From NCBI GenBank assembly GCA_964106915.2, contig OZ066915.1: a stretch of 64,000 bases of DNA. One strand, 5' to 3'. The DNA is from Podarcis gaigeae (taxonomy: Eukaryota). The translations under genes and the position numbers were made by a program. Shown here piece by piece: positions 1 through 13,382 of the stretch (positions are counted from its first letter, which is position 1; every line of letters starts with the position of its first letter). A model generated the notes under the pieces. That model did not search any database, was not told the origin of the DNA, and saw only the letters and a list, made by a program, of their open reading frames with translations.

Positions 1-1508
1 GCTCTGACTTTTGCTACACCCATGATTTAGAGAAGAGTATTTTTGGGCAGTGTCCAGGCTTGAATGTTGTAGTCAGAGAAAGAAAGAGGGGGCCTCCTAG
101 GAGAGTGAGAAAGCAATAAATCTATACAAAGGTCAGTTAGTTGTTAGCTTCTTCTGCAACGTGAATGTTCTATTCCAAGGGGTCCAACTAAACATCTCAC
201 CTCTCATTTGAAAACTTTAATGTTCAGCAGCCAAACCTGAGAGCAGAAACTAAGTTGGTCTCTAAGCGCTCTTAAAAGGGAAACAGAAACACCATAGGTT
301 CATGTGAATAATAAGTTTTATTGTTACAAGCAATATTGTGACAATAACAGCTTTAGGAAATCTGATCACTGAAGGCTTTCTTCTAACATAGAAGCCAGCA
401 CCTGACAACACTTGGGCCAAATACAATCCGCTAAACCATGCAATCTCTCTGCCTGCATCCCTGGTTGCTAAACTCAGAGGAAACACAAGAGTTTAAATTA
501 CCAGTGTCTATAGCAATGGAATGGTAGCAGATAGCAATGGGTAGCAGAACATTTCGAGGTGTTGGGTTTAGGGTCCATGGATAGCTGCCACTCCCAACTT
601 CTCTACTCATCTTAAAGTGACCCTCCAAAAATAATAATCTTAATTTTAATTTAATTCAATTTTAGATTTACCCACCCTTCACCACAAGGTCCCAGGGCAA
701 GTTACAACAATATAAAAATACAATATTAAAACAATTTAGACCAAATTGCTGGCAAGGACTCTTTCAAGAACTTACTCATTCCTGACCCTGAACCACACTA
801 TTTGATATTCACTGTGATTGATGAGCTGAATTAATTTGCTTAGTAATAACTCTGCCATTACTTAGTTAGGCTTTGGAGACAACTGGCATTCTCTCCTTAG
901 AGAAGCCGAGCTGAAAAATGGAATAGTCCCCAGGTGTAGTCTTATTATTAGGCTTGTGTGTGTTGTATTTACTTTTATAGATGTTCTTGTGATTGTCCAT
1001 GCAAATAATTGAGGAAGGGGAAAGATGTACAACTGCTTGCTCCTTGCTTGAGAGTGTCACAGCCCTTGGTCTCACTGGGCAGTTGCATTGCCTTAAGCGT
1101 TCACAGGGAGCATATTGAAAGAAAACAACCCTTTTTTCTCATCCTACTCTCACTCACTGAGGTCTGTTTCTGGCCAGTGGAAACAAATCCCATGGGCCTC
1201 TGAAAATTTGATCTCAGCTGTTTTCACTGACATAAGGCGACAAGACCTGCCACTTTATCCCCATTTCAGAAGGCAAAATGCATAAATAAAAGCCCCCTAG
1301 CTAGTTTAGTTTTGCAATCCCCATCACAAGAGCTGGAATGCACCCAAAAGGTAATCAGGACCTGACTGGGGCAGGAGGGTGGGGGAATAGAAAAGGTGGA
1401 TAAATCTCTGTTCTCGTTGCTGTTGCTTCCGTCGTGATTGAATGTTGTCACCTGTTTGCTGCTGTGTGGCTGTTCCTTTTCGTCCTTTGTTTTGTTCTTT
1501 CTTTATAG

Positions 1509-1604
<96 letters not shown>

Positions 1605-2332
1605 TGATGGTGGGGATGGCATTCTGGGGGTGGGAGGCATTCTGCAGGGAGTGGGAAGCAAGAACTGAAACATGAAGTTTTCATCCCATTGAACTGCATC
1701 CTTAACTAGGATAGGGGCTGGAGAATCCAGAGAATGGCAGTAAAGGCCCAAGTAAACATTATTTATTGGCTGCCAATGAACATAGTGCAGTGTTCCCTTT
1801 CTTCTTCAAGAACAGATTCTCAAAAGTGCATAACAGCCGCTCCCACATTTTCAATAACTCTTCAGTAAAATATGTATATTTGTGACAATCCTTGTTGTTG
1901 CTCAGCAAAAGATGTAGGCTTCTTCCAAGGCCTTGACACTGGTATTTATTGGGAATTTCTCAAATTAGATAGTTACCGACTTAAAGATGCCAAAGTCACT
2001 CCATCGTATTGTTTACACCAGCATTAACCCATAATCTTTGTAATAAGTTATAAATGCTGGATCCTTTCATTATGGCATTTGCCATCACCTGAAACAATAG
2101 AGTACGAAGGGCCACTTTTCACTTTACAGTGTGGATGCACAGATTAAAAGAATTAGTAACTACTACAACCATTTCCAAACTAGTGGGCCACAGCATTCTA
2201 GTGTGCCAAAAGAGAATCACTGATATGCTTCAAGAAATGAAATGATTCAGTTTCTTACTGTGAGCCCAAAGTTCCTGCCCACAACAGAGGAGGCTACCCA
2301 CTTCAGCCCTCCATCCTTCATTACTCAGGTGT

Positions 2333-2492
2333 TCATAGAATCATAGATTTGGAAGGATCTAGTTCAACCCCCTGCAATACAGAAATCTCAGCTAGAGCAT
2401 CCATGATAGATGGCCATCCAACCTTTGCTTAAAAACCTCCAGGGAGGGACAGTCGACAACCTCCCAAAGATGACCGTTCCACTGTCAAACGG
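2333..2492 (-). mobile_element. CR1 LINE 3' end fragment
   Basis: tcatagaatcatag tail followed by ...ggccatccaacctttgcttaaaaacctcc, homologous to the CR1 3' end at 23186. Confidence 0.7.
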
Positions 2493-3822
2493 TGTTGCTT
2501 CTTTCCAAGCAGCTTCTGTTAAGAATCTATAATTCTACCACATCTCTCCATCTGGTGTGATTGGATTATTCAAGCACTCCTCAGTGCAGAGATGCAGCAG
2601 AAACACATGTCCTTGGTGGAAGCTACATGTTACATCTCTGCATTTGTCACTGTTCTGGAAAGCTGTTCTCCTTCCAGTCAGGAAGCTTGGCCAAAACAGT
2701 GACTCTCAGAGAACACAACAGGGCAGGTTCCTTGGCAGGCAGGCAGTTTTTACTCTTACACATAATAAAATTCAACATATGGGGGGGTGTATGAGTCAGT
2801 GTACTTCCCATTTTAACTCAGAAACATGTACCTCCCCTTTAAAACATTTAGAAATACTGATATATTCACTTCTATTCCATAGCATGTTAGGTCATGTCTA
2901 AACATGTGTGTATATCATAGACATATGTGTCAGGGGAAGGAGAGGGTAACCATGATCATCTGCAAAATGTTGGATTTCCTCAGTGTAGCTGCAGTCGAAA
3001 GTAAAAGGCATTTTATCAGACTAAAAGTAGGTACACCGTAAATCTTTAATGTGTACCTCCTTTTGCTGTAATGTGTGGAATGGCCCCAAGTGGGATGGCT
3101 ATACATGGTCAAATCTAAAGCCACTTTACAGAAGTTTTTTATAGAGGCAACAACGGGGGTGAATCTTAATCTAAATAGATGCCATCACACAACAGAGCTT
3201 ATCCTCATGACTTCCAAAGAAGATTGTGTAAGGCCTGGCAGGCTATGCTTGGCATGGCAGCAGCTGGGGTGCCCAACTCCCTGCAGAAATCCTCTGAATT
3301 AGTTTTTCTCATGCACATCCCTCTGTAACAGAGTTCAAGTTGCAGAAGGGGTTTGCAATCAGCATTCCCTCATTTTTTCCTCTCACCCTTATCCAGCCTT
3401 CAGAATGTAACAGGTGGCTGGGAGAGGGACATACTAGGCATGCCTTGGGGCTAAACTGTGCATGACTTGGAAGCCCCATGACCAGATCTCCCGATATCTT
3501 CTCTCTTTTTTCTTCAAAGCTGCATCTGAGAGTGGGGAGGGTTTCTAATTTGACATGGGGGGGGATTCCTATTTTACCTTTATGTAGTTATCAAAATGTA
3601 TGTATTATTCACTTGGCAGAAAATCACTAAGCAGCTTACAAAAAAATCATTTTAAAAAGCCAATAAAAGCAAACAAGTTGACTTTTTTATCAAAATATAG
3701 ATAAAATCAACCATTTTAATAAAATTACATGCGAAAGCTGCATGTTAAAATTACAGGATATTAGCAGGCAGAGAAAAATACACAACAAAGGTGCCTGCCT
3801 AATGTTCATGGGAAGAAAGTTG

Positions 3823-4187
3823 TTTATTTATTGCATTTCTATCCCACCTTTTTCTCCAAGGAGCTCAAATTGGCATACATGATTTTTCCCTTCCTCATTT
3901 AATGCCCTTCAACAATCCTGTGAGGTAGATTAGGTTAAGAGGCAGCAACTGACCCAGGGTCACCCAGTGAGATTCATGGGAGAGTGAAGATTTGAACCCT
4001 GTTCTCCCAGGTCCTGGTCCAACACTGACCCAGCGTTTCTTAAACTTGGGTTCCCAGATGTTCTTAAATTAAAACTCCCACCATCCCTGACCATGCTGGC
4101 TAGGAATGATGGAAGTTGTAGCCCAACAACACCTGGGAACCCAAAGTTGAGAAAGGCTGCTCCAATCACTTCACTACACTGGCTCTC
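3823..4187 (-). mobile_element. tRNA-derived squamate SINE (Squam3-like, family name tentative) with nested MITE
   Basis: Reverse-strand head GAGAGCCAGTGTAGTG, B-box-like GGTTCAAATC, A-rich tail; interrupted at 4031-4159. Confidence 0.65.
4031..4159. mobile_element. Short palindromic hAT-like MITE
   Basis: TIRs CAGCGTTTCTTAAACTTGGG / CCCAAAGTTGAGAAAGGCTG; core aactccca...ggaagttgtag shared with copies at about 34481-34612, 44863-45000, 50250-50365, 51756-51868. Confidence 0.65.
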
Positions 4188-6792
4188 AGTGCTGCCATAC
4201 TGAAGGATCAATTCCATGTGAATCCTTCCTACCACCGTGAAGTTTCCCCATTCAAACAAAGGTCTCTCCCTCTAAGCTACTGGGGAAAGCCCATATTGTA
4301 CTTGTATTTTTGCCTCAGCTGGGCTAAAACCAGCTGAGAGGTAATTTCACTCAAGGAAACAGCATAGAGAGAATTTCTCTCCTCCAATGTTGCTTCCTTA
4401 TGCCGTTTCCCTAGTCAAAATAACAGTCCCTTTAAGTAGCTTTGAAGAAAAGTAAAAGAGCTTAGGGAGATTTGATCACGGATCTCCCATGTCATAAGTA
4501 GCTTAGCCCACAGTGAGATGTGGAGCAGGGGAAGATATCTGAATGAACATCCTGAAATGATACAGAGCCATGACAAATTCAGGGAATTGGCAGAACAACC
4601 CACCCATTCAAAGGCCAATGTGCTTCCAGCAGGAATAGACCAGGGAAACTGAGGCATTAACCTTGGAAAGGCTTCCATAAGTTTTATGGCACAACCAGGC
4701 ATGGAGAGACTTGTTTCCAATTGCCTACAGTAACTGCAAAATCCTTCTGTCAATTTTGTCCAGAACGCTTTGATGGTGATAATTTTCTTTATCCTTGGTC
4801 TTGGGAAGTACACAGCACAGCAAACTCTTTCTTACTAAAATTATTCTGTCAAGGTCTTTCCCAGAGAGTATGCATGCATGGCAAACTATTTCAAAATGCC
4901 CATGTGTGTGCACTGTATGTGTACCAAGGGAGCATATGTATTGCTTATGCACATTTCCTCACAGGTGATGGTGTTTAAAGAACACCCATTCTTCTAGATT
5001 TCTCAATATGGCATAGTGATTCATTTCTGTTTGACCTAAAGGGTTATTTAAATTTACTTTGACAAAGGAATGGCATTACACAGGAAACACTGAACAGTTT
5101 GGCTATGTACTGAAAACACTTCAAATGAGGATTGCAAAAGCTAGTGCTGGCCTTCAAAGTGTCTTGTCAAAGCAAAATGTCGCAATGTGGAGTGTTGCTG
5201 CTCAGGACGCTAACCACTTGGTTCCATCGCAGCCTCAGTTCCTACCCTCCAATAGTCTGTTAATGTTCTGTGGCCACTAAATATGCTCAGGAACCCTCCA
5301 GACTGCTGTGGGTGGGGGGTTGCATATGTGTTCTGCAACATGTCCTTGATGCATTAATAGTGCATTAGTGGTGGATTTATATTGTACCACCACACATCTT
5401 CTGTTTTTTAAAGTTATTCTACTATTCTTTCCCAGTGTTTTCTGGAGGGGCACTCTTGCACTATAGCACAACAAAAACAGGACCAACACCCTACCCCCTG
5501 AACAGTTGTGGTATAAAAAGTTACAGGATTTTGGCAAGACACTACAGGACATGCATAGACTGGAAACGAAGCAATATGTCTGCCCCAATTTTTTTGTAGG
5601 CATGAACGGTATCAAAAGCAGAGTAGCTGCCCCAGCATAATCATGAGCACAAATCATTAATGCACAATAAAAATATATCTAGAGGTGCAAGAAATCTCGC
5701 ACCACCATCCAAGGGCAGAACTTCAGTTAGGAGATAAAATCTGAGACCTTCCAGAGACAATGCAAAACTTCCAGTATAAATAGGTATGAACTCCTCATTG
5801 TGCTCCACATTCTGAATGGATCTCTTTCTTTAGTGCAATTTGTACAACCACCAATACCATTTTGGGTTATTATGCCTTTTTTCAGTCTTTTATCTTGGGG
5901 CCAAACTAGACCTGATGTAGGAGATTCATGATCAGGATCTTCCATGGTTTAGGCTTCTGTTTGGTTTTTTTCTAATTAGATTAGCAGTCCCATATGGGAA
6001 AGGCCTGTATGGGAAGTGGGTTTCCCAATCTAAATTCCCACCACCCAAAGGTGATTTAAAATGAACACATATGTTCTGCTTAGAACACAGTAGGTATTTC
6101 AACCCTGTGGCTGCTAGGTCATCTTTTTTACTACAGCTGTGGTGTAGATTTGTTCTGCCACTTATTCTTTATGGGTGATCTTTTCCAAGTAGTTAGGCTT
6201 CCACACATTTCCAGTACGCTTGGATGGCCATTTGTATGGCTGCTGTAAGAGCAAGTGAAAGTTACCTACAAGTAGCTTGAATTACAAGGGGCCTTCCTGT
6301 AATTGTACCTGGCTTTGCTTTGAATGCCCAGACTCTTTGAACACTGCAACTTCGTATTATGCAACTTTGTTCATATAGCATTTCTTTGAGTACTTACCAC
6401 ACTGAAAGATGGAGAAATTAGGTCACTCCAACAAGCTTCACATTTTAGAAGGTGGTAGTCTAAGGACACATAGTGCTCAGACTCAAAGAAGTGACCTCAC
6501 AGATGGGTTTTGAAGAACTGTGTTGGTAAGTAACTTTCTTTAATAGCACTGACTCATGGAAGTCCCTGTTCCAATATGTGCCTCAGTTTCCCTCTCTCAC
6601 TTACCTCCCAGAATAATATGGGCAGGTCAACAAAAGTTTTGTTTATGCTGGAAGCCTGTAGGTAAAGCCAAACGTGTAGATATTTTGGTTAGGAAGATCA
6701 GAATGCTAAAGTCATGGATTCCCTAAATTCCAGAAAGACAGGAGAAAGGGGTGAGTGTGGGAAAAGGGTGGGCTAGGGGTCTCCTTCCCCAG

Positions 6793-7122
6793 GGCTATGT
6801 ATGATATATAATGACTTTGTCTTTTGTCTTCTTTCCATGCTGTCTCTTTATATTGTTCTATTTTGGCGCAACACCCTCTGAAAATGTCATCCAATCAAAA
6901 TGCACTATGAAAAATCCATCTGTCCATCCATGAACTGGTCTGTGTGTCCATGCTAATGAATATTTCTGAACTTCCCTGCCCTGATCCCTCTCCCATCACC
7001 AAAAATGAAATCACTGCCTTCTGCATTTCTCCGTTTGCTGGTTGGAACTCAACTTGCGGTATTAAAACACCCACCCTTCCCTGACCTTCTCTGATCCTCT
7101 CCATCTCAATGTTTGCATCTAG
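6793..7122 (+). promoter_or_regulatory. Splicing control region of microexon 31a: ~330-nt AG-exclusion zone, YCAY (NOVA-type) cluster, UGC near the 3' splice site
   Basis: No AG dinucleotide before the acceptor; repeated TCAT/CCAT/TCAC at about 6887-7015; tttgcatctag. Confidence 0.7.
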
Positions 7123-7128
7123 GATCCG
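7123..7128 (+). CDS. CACNA1A: CACNA1A 6-nt alternative microexon 31a (IVS3-S4 linker), GATCCG = Asp-Pro
   Basis: tttgcatctag|GATCCG|gttggt; no AG from 6793 to 7120; YCAY cluster upstream, TGCATG at 7194-7199; one base different from the mammalian AATCCG (NP) exon at the same gene position. Confidence 0.85.
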
Positions 7129-9321
7129 GTTGGTTTGATTACTTTCTCAAGCCTAAGTGCCTTACATTAATCAAAAGCATCTTCTTGGCGCATTGCATGA
7201 TCTTTTGAGCCAAAGATGCCTGCAGTTTACTGGGCAGCTTCCGCTTTTAGTCCCCCCACTTACCCCATATTGTGTCACTTATTTTATTCAGATTCACATA
7301 TGGCTTCCAGTAACCCCATAGCAGGGATGTGGTATATATGCTGGCTGTTTGCCATAATAAACATTGATTGATTGAGGGATATGGTATAGTAATACTGCAG
7401 CCTTGGTGATGCCAATCTCTGAAGAGATGATTGCATTTAATCTAAGACTTGCATCAGTATGGATAGGCTTTCTAAAAGGATATGGTGGTAGATAGAAAGC
7501 TGTATCTGCAAGTTGCTGGGTTCTGACCCAGGGCCAGTGTCAGTTTCTGTCTGGGGGGAAACCTGGGATGGGAATTCAACATGCAAGTACCTTACTTGAT
7601 GACATACAAAACCTGATGACAGTTTGCATGGGTGGAGCATCCACCACAGTTGAAATACTACAGATACTTTGCATATCATCTGGCATCACCTCCAGGCACA
7701 TAGTTTTTGCAGTGTGTGCGCAGTCAAATAGAAGACCTAAAAATCCCACTTGTCAATAGCTATCTGAACAAGTACAGAAAAGCCCTGCACCCCCAGCTTC
7801 ATTCTGCGCGCACAGGCATACCCATTCACTCAAAACTTTTCACATTTAACCTTCCCTTAATGCATACAACTTTAGCTGGGTATCCACTTACCACCTAAAC
7901 ACAACACACGCAAACACATTTCCTCACACATGAACTGACCCTAAGGTCCTCTCAGTGATATTAGTATTCTCCATATACTTTCAGCCATGCACAGACAACC
8001 TCTGCTTTGGTCAGTTGAAGTAGAACAATTCCTTAGAAGAAGTAAAATATCATTATAACTATGGAAATTAGCCCAAGCCCATTTAGGAGTATTGAGAAGG
8101 ATATTAACATCCCTTTTCCTGAGAGTCAGTTGTGGAGGGTGAGTCAAAGAGAAATCCTTAATTTTATTTCTCTGGGCCACATTCAGTCTTACTTTTCTAA
8201 CAAACACCGATACTCCTCTTAAGATTAGGGTAGACATTAATTTTGAAAGATTGCATGTGCGTCCGTTTCACATATTTAACAAAATCTCAAGAGGAATCTG
8301 TTGAGAAAACGTCTTCAAAATGAAACAGACATATATATAATAAATATAAATCAAATTGAAACAGACACACATCACAGACACAATGCATAGCTTGAAGCAT
8401 TGATGCCTCCTATACTGGTTGGCTGACTTGGTACAATGATCTAAATATTCAGTTGCTGAAAGGACATTGCTACTTAAAGTCCAGCTTTTCTGAGGGAGGG
8501 TAAATTGACAGTTTGACTGAAGAAATCTTGGCCTGTAGTGAAGCTTAGTGATAAAGTGTTCAGAAGAAGGGAGGCAGAATGAATGGTACAGAGTAGGAAA
8601 TGGACTGAAAGCAGGAAATCTGAAGGAAGGGTTGATGAGCTAGGAAAAAGCAGCAACGGGAGTTGAGGCAAAAAAGAAAAGGAGGAGGTGGCAGTGAAGA
8701 TATTCACCAATGTGTAAGATCAAGAGGCAGGTGTATGGTGTATGTTTGGGGCAGGAGAGTGCTAGGACTGTTAGCCAAAAGAGACAGGATGAATAAAAAG
8801 TGTGGGGCAAAGTAGAGTGGACTGAAAAAATGCAATAAAATTTGTAGGTGGAGACATGGAACGGAACTGAAGAAAGTAGGATACAAGAAGAAAGCTGAGC
8901 TAGGACTGTGGATTTTGTCTGAAAGGAAATGGGCAGGCAAGAGAGGTTTGGAGGACTAGAGACAGTGGAACCGGGGGGGGGGGCGTGTTTCTAGATCTAG
9001 TCTGACACAGGTTTCCACCGGTTAAATAGTTTACTTTCACTGCATCATTGTGTCCTGGAATAAGATTCAAAAGGCAAGGGGCAGAGCTGAAATATATATA
9101 TTGGTTTAAACAAAAGAGCTAAATGTTTTGGCTGAAAGATTGTCAACTTAAGATATTGACCTTAGAATAGGCTTAAAAAGTAATGTAGGAAGTGAACTTT
9201 GGAATGCAGGTGGTTAATAGGAAAGAGAGAATGGTGTGTGGCACCATTCCTAATGGTCTGTGTGGGCATATATTTCCAACTGGAAATGGGTGTGGGTCCC
9301 CTGCCTTTCTCTCTTTCCCTC

Positions 9322-9437
9322 TGCATGAATATCATTCTTTGTTTGTCCTGCATGATCTGAGCATGGCAGTTTTAACAAACTGGTTTCACCCCATTGTATG
9401 TGTCACAGAGCCACCTCCACTACTGCCACCATGCATG
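9322..9437 (+). promoter_or_regulatory. RBFOX-motif cluster in intron 31
   Basis: TGCATG at 9322, 9349, 9432; GCATG at 9361; another TGCATG at 9673. Confidence 0.55.
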
Positions 9438-11020
9438 TCCACTGAAATCCCAATTAGAGGAACAGCCTTTTTGGAGGGTTGGAGAAGGATGGGCTTATAG
9501 CTTCTGGGAAGACACATGCAAACACATGCATATAAAGAGTGAAGATGCAGCAATTAGGTTTCTTTTTGGAAGAGAAAATAAATCCTATTACAGTACATGG
9601 ATATATTTGGCTGCAAGAACCACACTGTATGTCCACTGTGTTGTCACACACTTATAATGTCCACTGTGTAACTGCATGGCAATTCCTCAGTCTTTGTTTT
9701 ATAATTATAGAGCAAGGCATGTAGCAAGCCGGTACGTGTTGAGTGGTCACACCAATCTTTTGGCATGTGTATTGCCTGAGTCATTTTTGTGCAGTTTTCT
9801 TTGGAGTTTGTGTATGAGGGGCGCTGTAGCACAGGTACTTTCATGAGTCTTGAGGGAGATGTTGGTACAACTACATTCATTCCTGTGATGTATGTTGCAT
9901 AGATATCCCTACGCACTCAATCCGCCAGATCACTTGCACTGTTTAGTGTACTATGGTGAAGCCACATGGTAATTCTCTTTGGAACCGTTAGAGCCAGCCA
10001 GGTTGTCCCTTTACAGTGTTCTCATTGCTTGAACATGCAATTCGGGTTCCAGTGAGATCAAAGTGTGGTTCCATTGAGTTCAATATCGAAACCCAGGAAA
10101 CGTCCATGGTGCATAGATTACTAAAGCACTTAACCGTTCATACTGGGGCTAAAATACAGATTCCTGTTCAAGGGCTTTTGCCCAGGGATAAAGCTCATGT
10201 GTTTCTTACATGAGCTAAATATAAGTTGGCATTTTGTATCTAAGTTTATCTTTTTCTGTGCTAGGCCCTTCTTCCAACCTTTACTGGAACTCTTTTTTAG
10301 AAAGTGTCTGAAGGTCTCAGTGGTAGTTGCTAGAGATACACAAACACATACATCAATATTCTATTGTCCAAACTCAGGTGATATCCTAACCCTCAGAAAC
10401 CTTGGGCATCTTTCGCTCTCAGGGGCTGTGGGTGTCTGGCCATAGAACACTTTGCAACTAAGAAGTACATTGTCACACTTCAATGTATTCATTTTATCCC
10501 AGAAGCTTATATGCCATTTCCTCTGAAGGAGACAGATAAAAATGCATCTTGGTGAACCCAACAGGAGAATGTTTTTCCTATCTTGCCAGAATCACAAATC
10601 CTTCTTTTAGCTACAAATTTGTTGAACTAAGCTCTTCCTTCAGGGCTTGGGGTGTGGCTCAACACCTGTTGGGTGCACAGAACAGATGCATTTTCCATCG
10701 AGAATGATATGATTGCAAGTCTCCAGACATTTCTCAGCTCTCCTCTTCCTCACTGGCACTTGTCTTGCTTTCTCCTCTCTCCAGATTTGTGTGCACAGAA
10801 CATGTGTGATGTGAGGCCACACAATAATGTTCTGCCTGCTTGTGTCAAAAAATATCAGTGCATTTGGTTGTGGGTATATTTTTTAAAAAATGTAATCATG
10901 TGCTAATGAATTATCACTGATTTTCCAAATGGATGATTTTCCAAGTAGAGGGGTGGCTTTATTATCATGCTAATTTTCTTCATGTGTGTGATCCCTCTCC
11001 CTTTCTTTGCTATTCAATGA

Positions 11021-11299
<279 letters not shown>

Positions 11300-11878
11300 T
11301 GAGATTTGAAGTTGTGGGTGGTTGAGAGAGAAAGGGAGGGAAGTAGTAGGAGTGCAGAAAGTTTAGGAGATTATAGCTAGAGACATCCAACCTCATCCAT
11401 CTACCTGTTTATTTCTCTGTTCATTCACCACCTCCTATCATGCACTTTGAATCATGAATACTTCCTTTCATGTTGTTGAAGTTGAATCATGTTTCATGAG
11501 TAGCTTTCCATTAACTCACCCTTTTGCATGGGTAAGTAATTACTGCACGATTTCTGTAGTCACGATGTGGCAGGGATTGGAGGAAGGAGTGATAGAGTCT
11601 ACAACAGCCTTCTTCAACATGGTGCCCTCCAGTTGACTCCCATCCTCCTTCGTTCCTGACCATTGACCATACTGACTGAGGCTGATGGTAGTTGTAGGGC
11701 AGCAGGATGGGGAAGACTGGCCTACAAGCAATCTCTTTCATTGCTCTTTCATTCAGTGACAGCAATCAGTTTGTAAGAAGAAGGGAGCCATATTCCCAGT
11801 AAAACAAGTGTGGTACACACCCACAAAATGTGAAACTTAAAAAAATAATAATGTATGCTCATGTTTTTCCCTCACTAG

Positions 11879-11944
11879 GCCCTTCCGTATGTGTGTCTGC
11901 TGATTGCAATGCTCTTCTTCATTTATGCGATTATTGGAATGCAG
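11879..11944 (+). CDS. CACNA1A: CACNA1A exon 33 (IVS5): ALPYVCLLIAMLFFIYAIIGMQ
   Basis: ctcactag|GCC...CAG|gtaaac; 66 nt. Confidence 0.96.
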
Positions 11945-12814
11945 GTAAACTACTATCCCATGCTGGGTTTCACCATGAATGCTGCAATGCCTCTAGTGCT
12001 TAGCTTAGGGACAATAACATACTGCTGTTTTTGTGCTGGAGCCTTTGAACTTGTAAAGTGAGGACCAGCCTAGTTGGGAACTGCCCCCAAACTGCAGAAG
12101 ACTTAACTTATGGAGGGCTCTAGCACATTGTAGTGTCAATGTCAAGAACATCTACCTCACCCTTGCAATATGCCTGAGGTCTTCCTGCTTGTACAATAAA
12201 CCCTAGTACAAGCTGAAGACAGACAGCTTGGTGCCTTTCATCCTCATTGTTATAACAGCATTCCAGGTTAGGATGAGTGTTGTCCCTGTAGTATTGCCTT
12301 AACTTGCCTTATAAAAGCTTAGTGTACAACTGCACTGTCCCACTCCTGCTATCAGAAGAGATTTGATGTCAGAGAATGAGGCACATCCCCTTTAAGTATT
12401 CATCCTGAAGCACCCACTTTGCTGCAGGACTGTTTAAGGTGACTGGTACTGAAAGAATTCTGCAAGTTGTTTTTTGCTGGGATACCTTACATTCAGTCTG
12501 TCCTTGTAACCAGCCCCACAGTAAACTGCCTGGGGTTGGTTTCAACTGCTGGCAGCCTGTTCTGGCCTTTTGTTGTCCCTAGTCCATGTAGGCTGTGGTC
12601 AGAACAGATTACCTTTTCATTTCCTCTCCAAACATGAAAATGAGCCCCACCTAGCCTCACTTATAGGTGACCTACATCCATTGCTACAAGCAATGGCTCT
12701 ACCACCACTAGACAGCAATGTTTGGAAACCTACTCTTTCCTGAAGTTTTCTTTTTGGATTTTTTGTATTTCTAGGCTTTTTCTTCATTTTGTTTTTATTT
12801 GTTTGTCTTCTCAG

Positions 12815-12930
12815 GTCTTTGGTAACATTAGCATTGAGATTGATGAAGATATGTCCGAAGATGAGAAACCTGCCATCACTGAGCACAACAATTTCCGCAC
12901 ATTCTTTCAAGCCCTAATGCTTCTCTTTAG
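12815..12930 (+). CDS. CACNA1A: CACNA1A exon 34 (IV S5-P loop): VFGNISIEIDEDMSEDEKPAITEHNNFRTFFQALMLLFR
   Basis: ttctcag|GTC...AG|gtgagg; 116 nt, phase 0/2. Confidence 0.96.
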
Positions 12931-13029
12931 GTGAGGCCCAGACCTTATTCATGTGCAGGAAGCCCACTTCATCTAGCCAAGGCCCTGCCCAATGCAAAAG
13001 ATGTACAGTCTCCTAGATGCAGGGCAGTA

Positions 13030-13382
13030 CCCCTGCCCATACGGGCCAGTCGTGTCCGACTCTAGGGTTGTGCGCCCATCTCACTTAAGAGGCCGGGGGC
13101 AGCCAGTGCTGTCCGGAGACACTTCCAGGTCACGTGGCCAGTGTGACGAAGCTGCTCTGGCGAGCCAGCACCAGCGCAGCACACGGAAACGCCGTTTACT
13201 TTCCCGCTATAAAGCGGTACCTATTTATCTACTTGCACTTAGGGGTGCTTTCGAACTGCTAGGTGGGCAGGAGCTGGGACTGAAAGACGGGAGCTCACCC
13301 CGCCGCAGGGATTCAAACCGCCGACCATACGATCGGCAAGCTCTAGGCACTGAGGTTTTACCCACAGCGCCACCCGCGTCCC
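13030..13382 (-). mobile_element. Sauria SINE, near full length
   Basis: Reverse-strand head GGGACGCGGGTGGCGCTGTGGG, CpG-rich body, 13-bp TSD ATGCAGGGCAGTA at 13017-13029 and 13385-13397. Confidence 0.9.

Noticed and set aside
10785-10810. Cryptic 26-nt exon (ctctccag|...GAT|gtgagg) in intron 31
   Set aside because: Short AG-free zone, modest donor, frameshifting, no supporting motif cluster; indistinguishable from a chance pseudo-exon.
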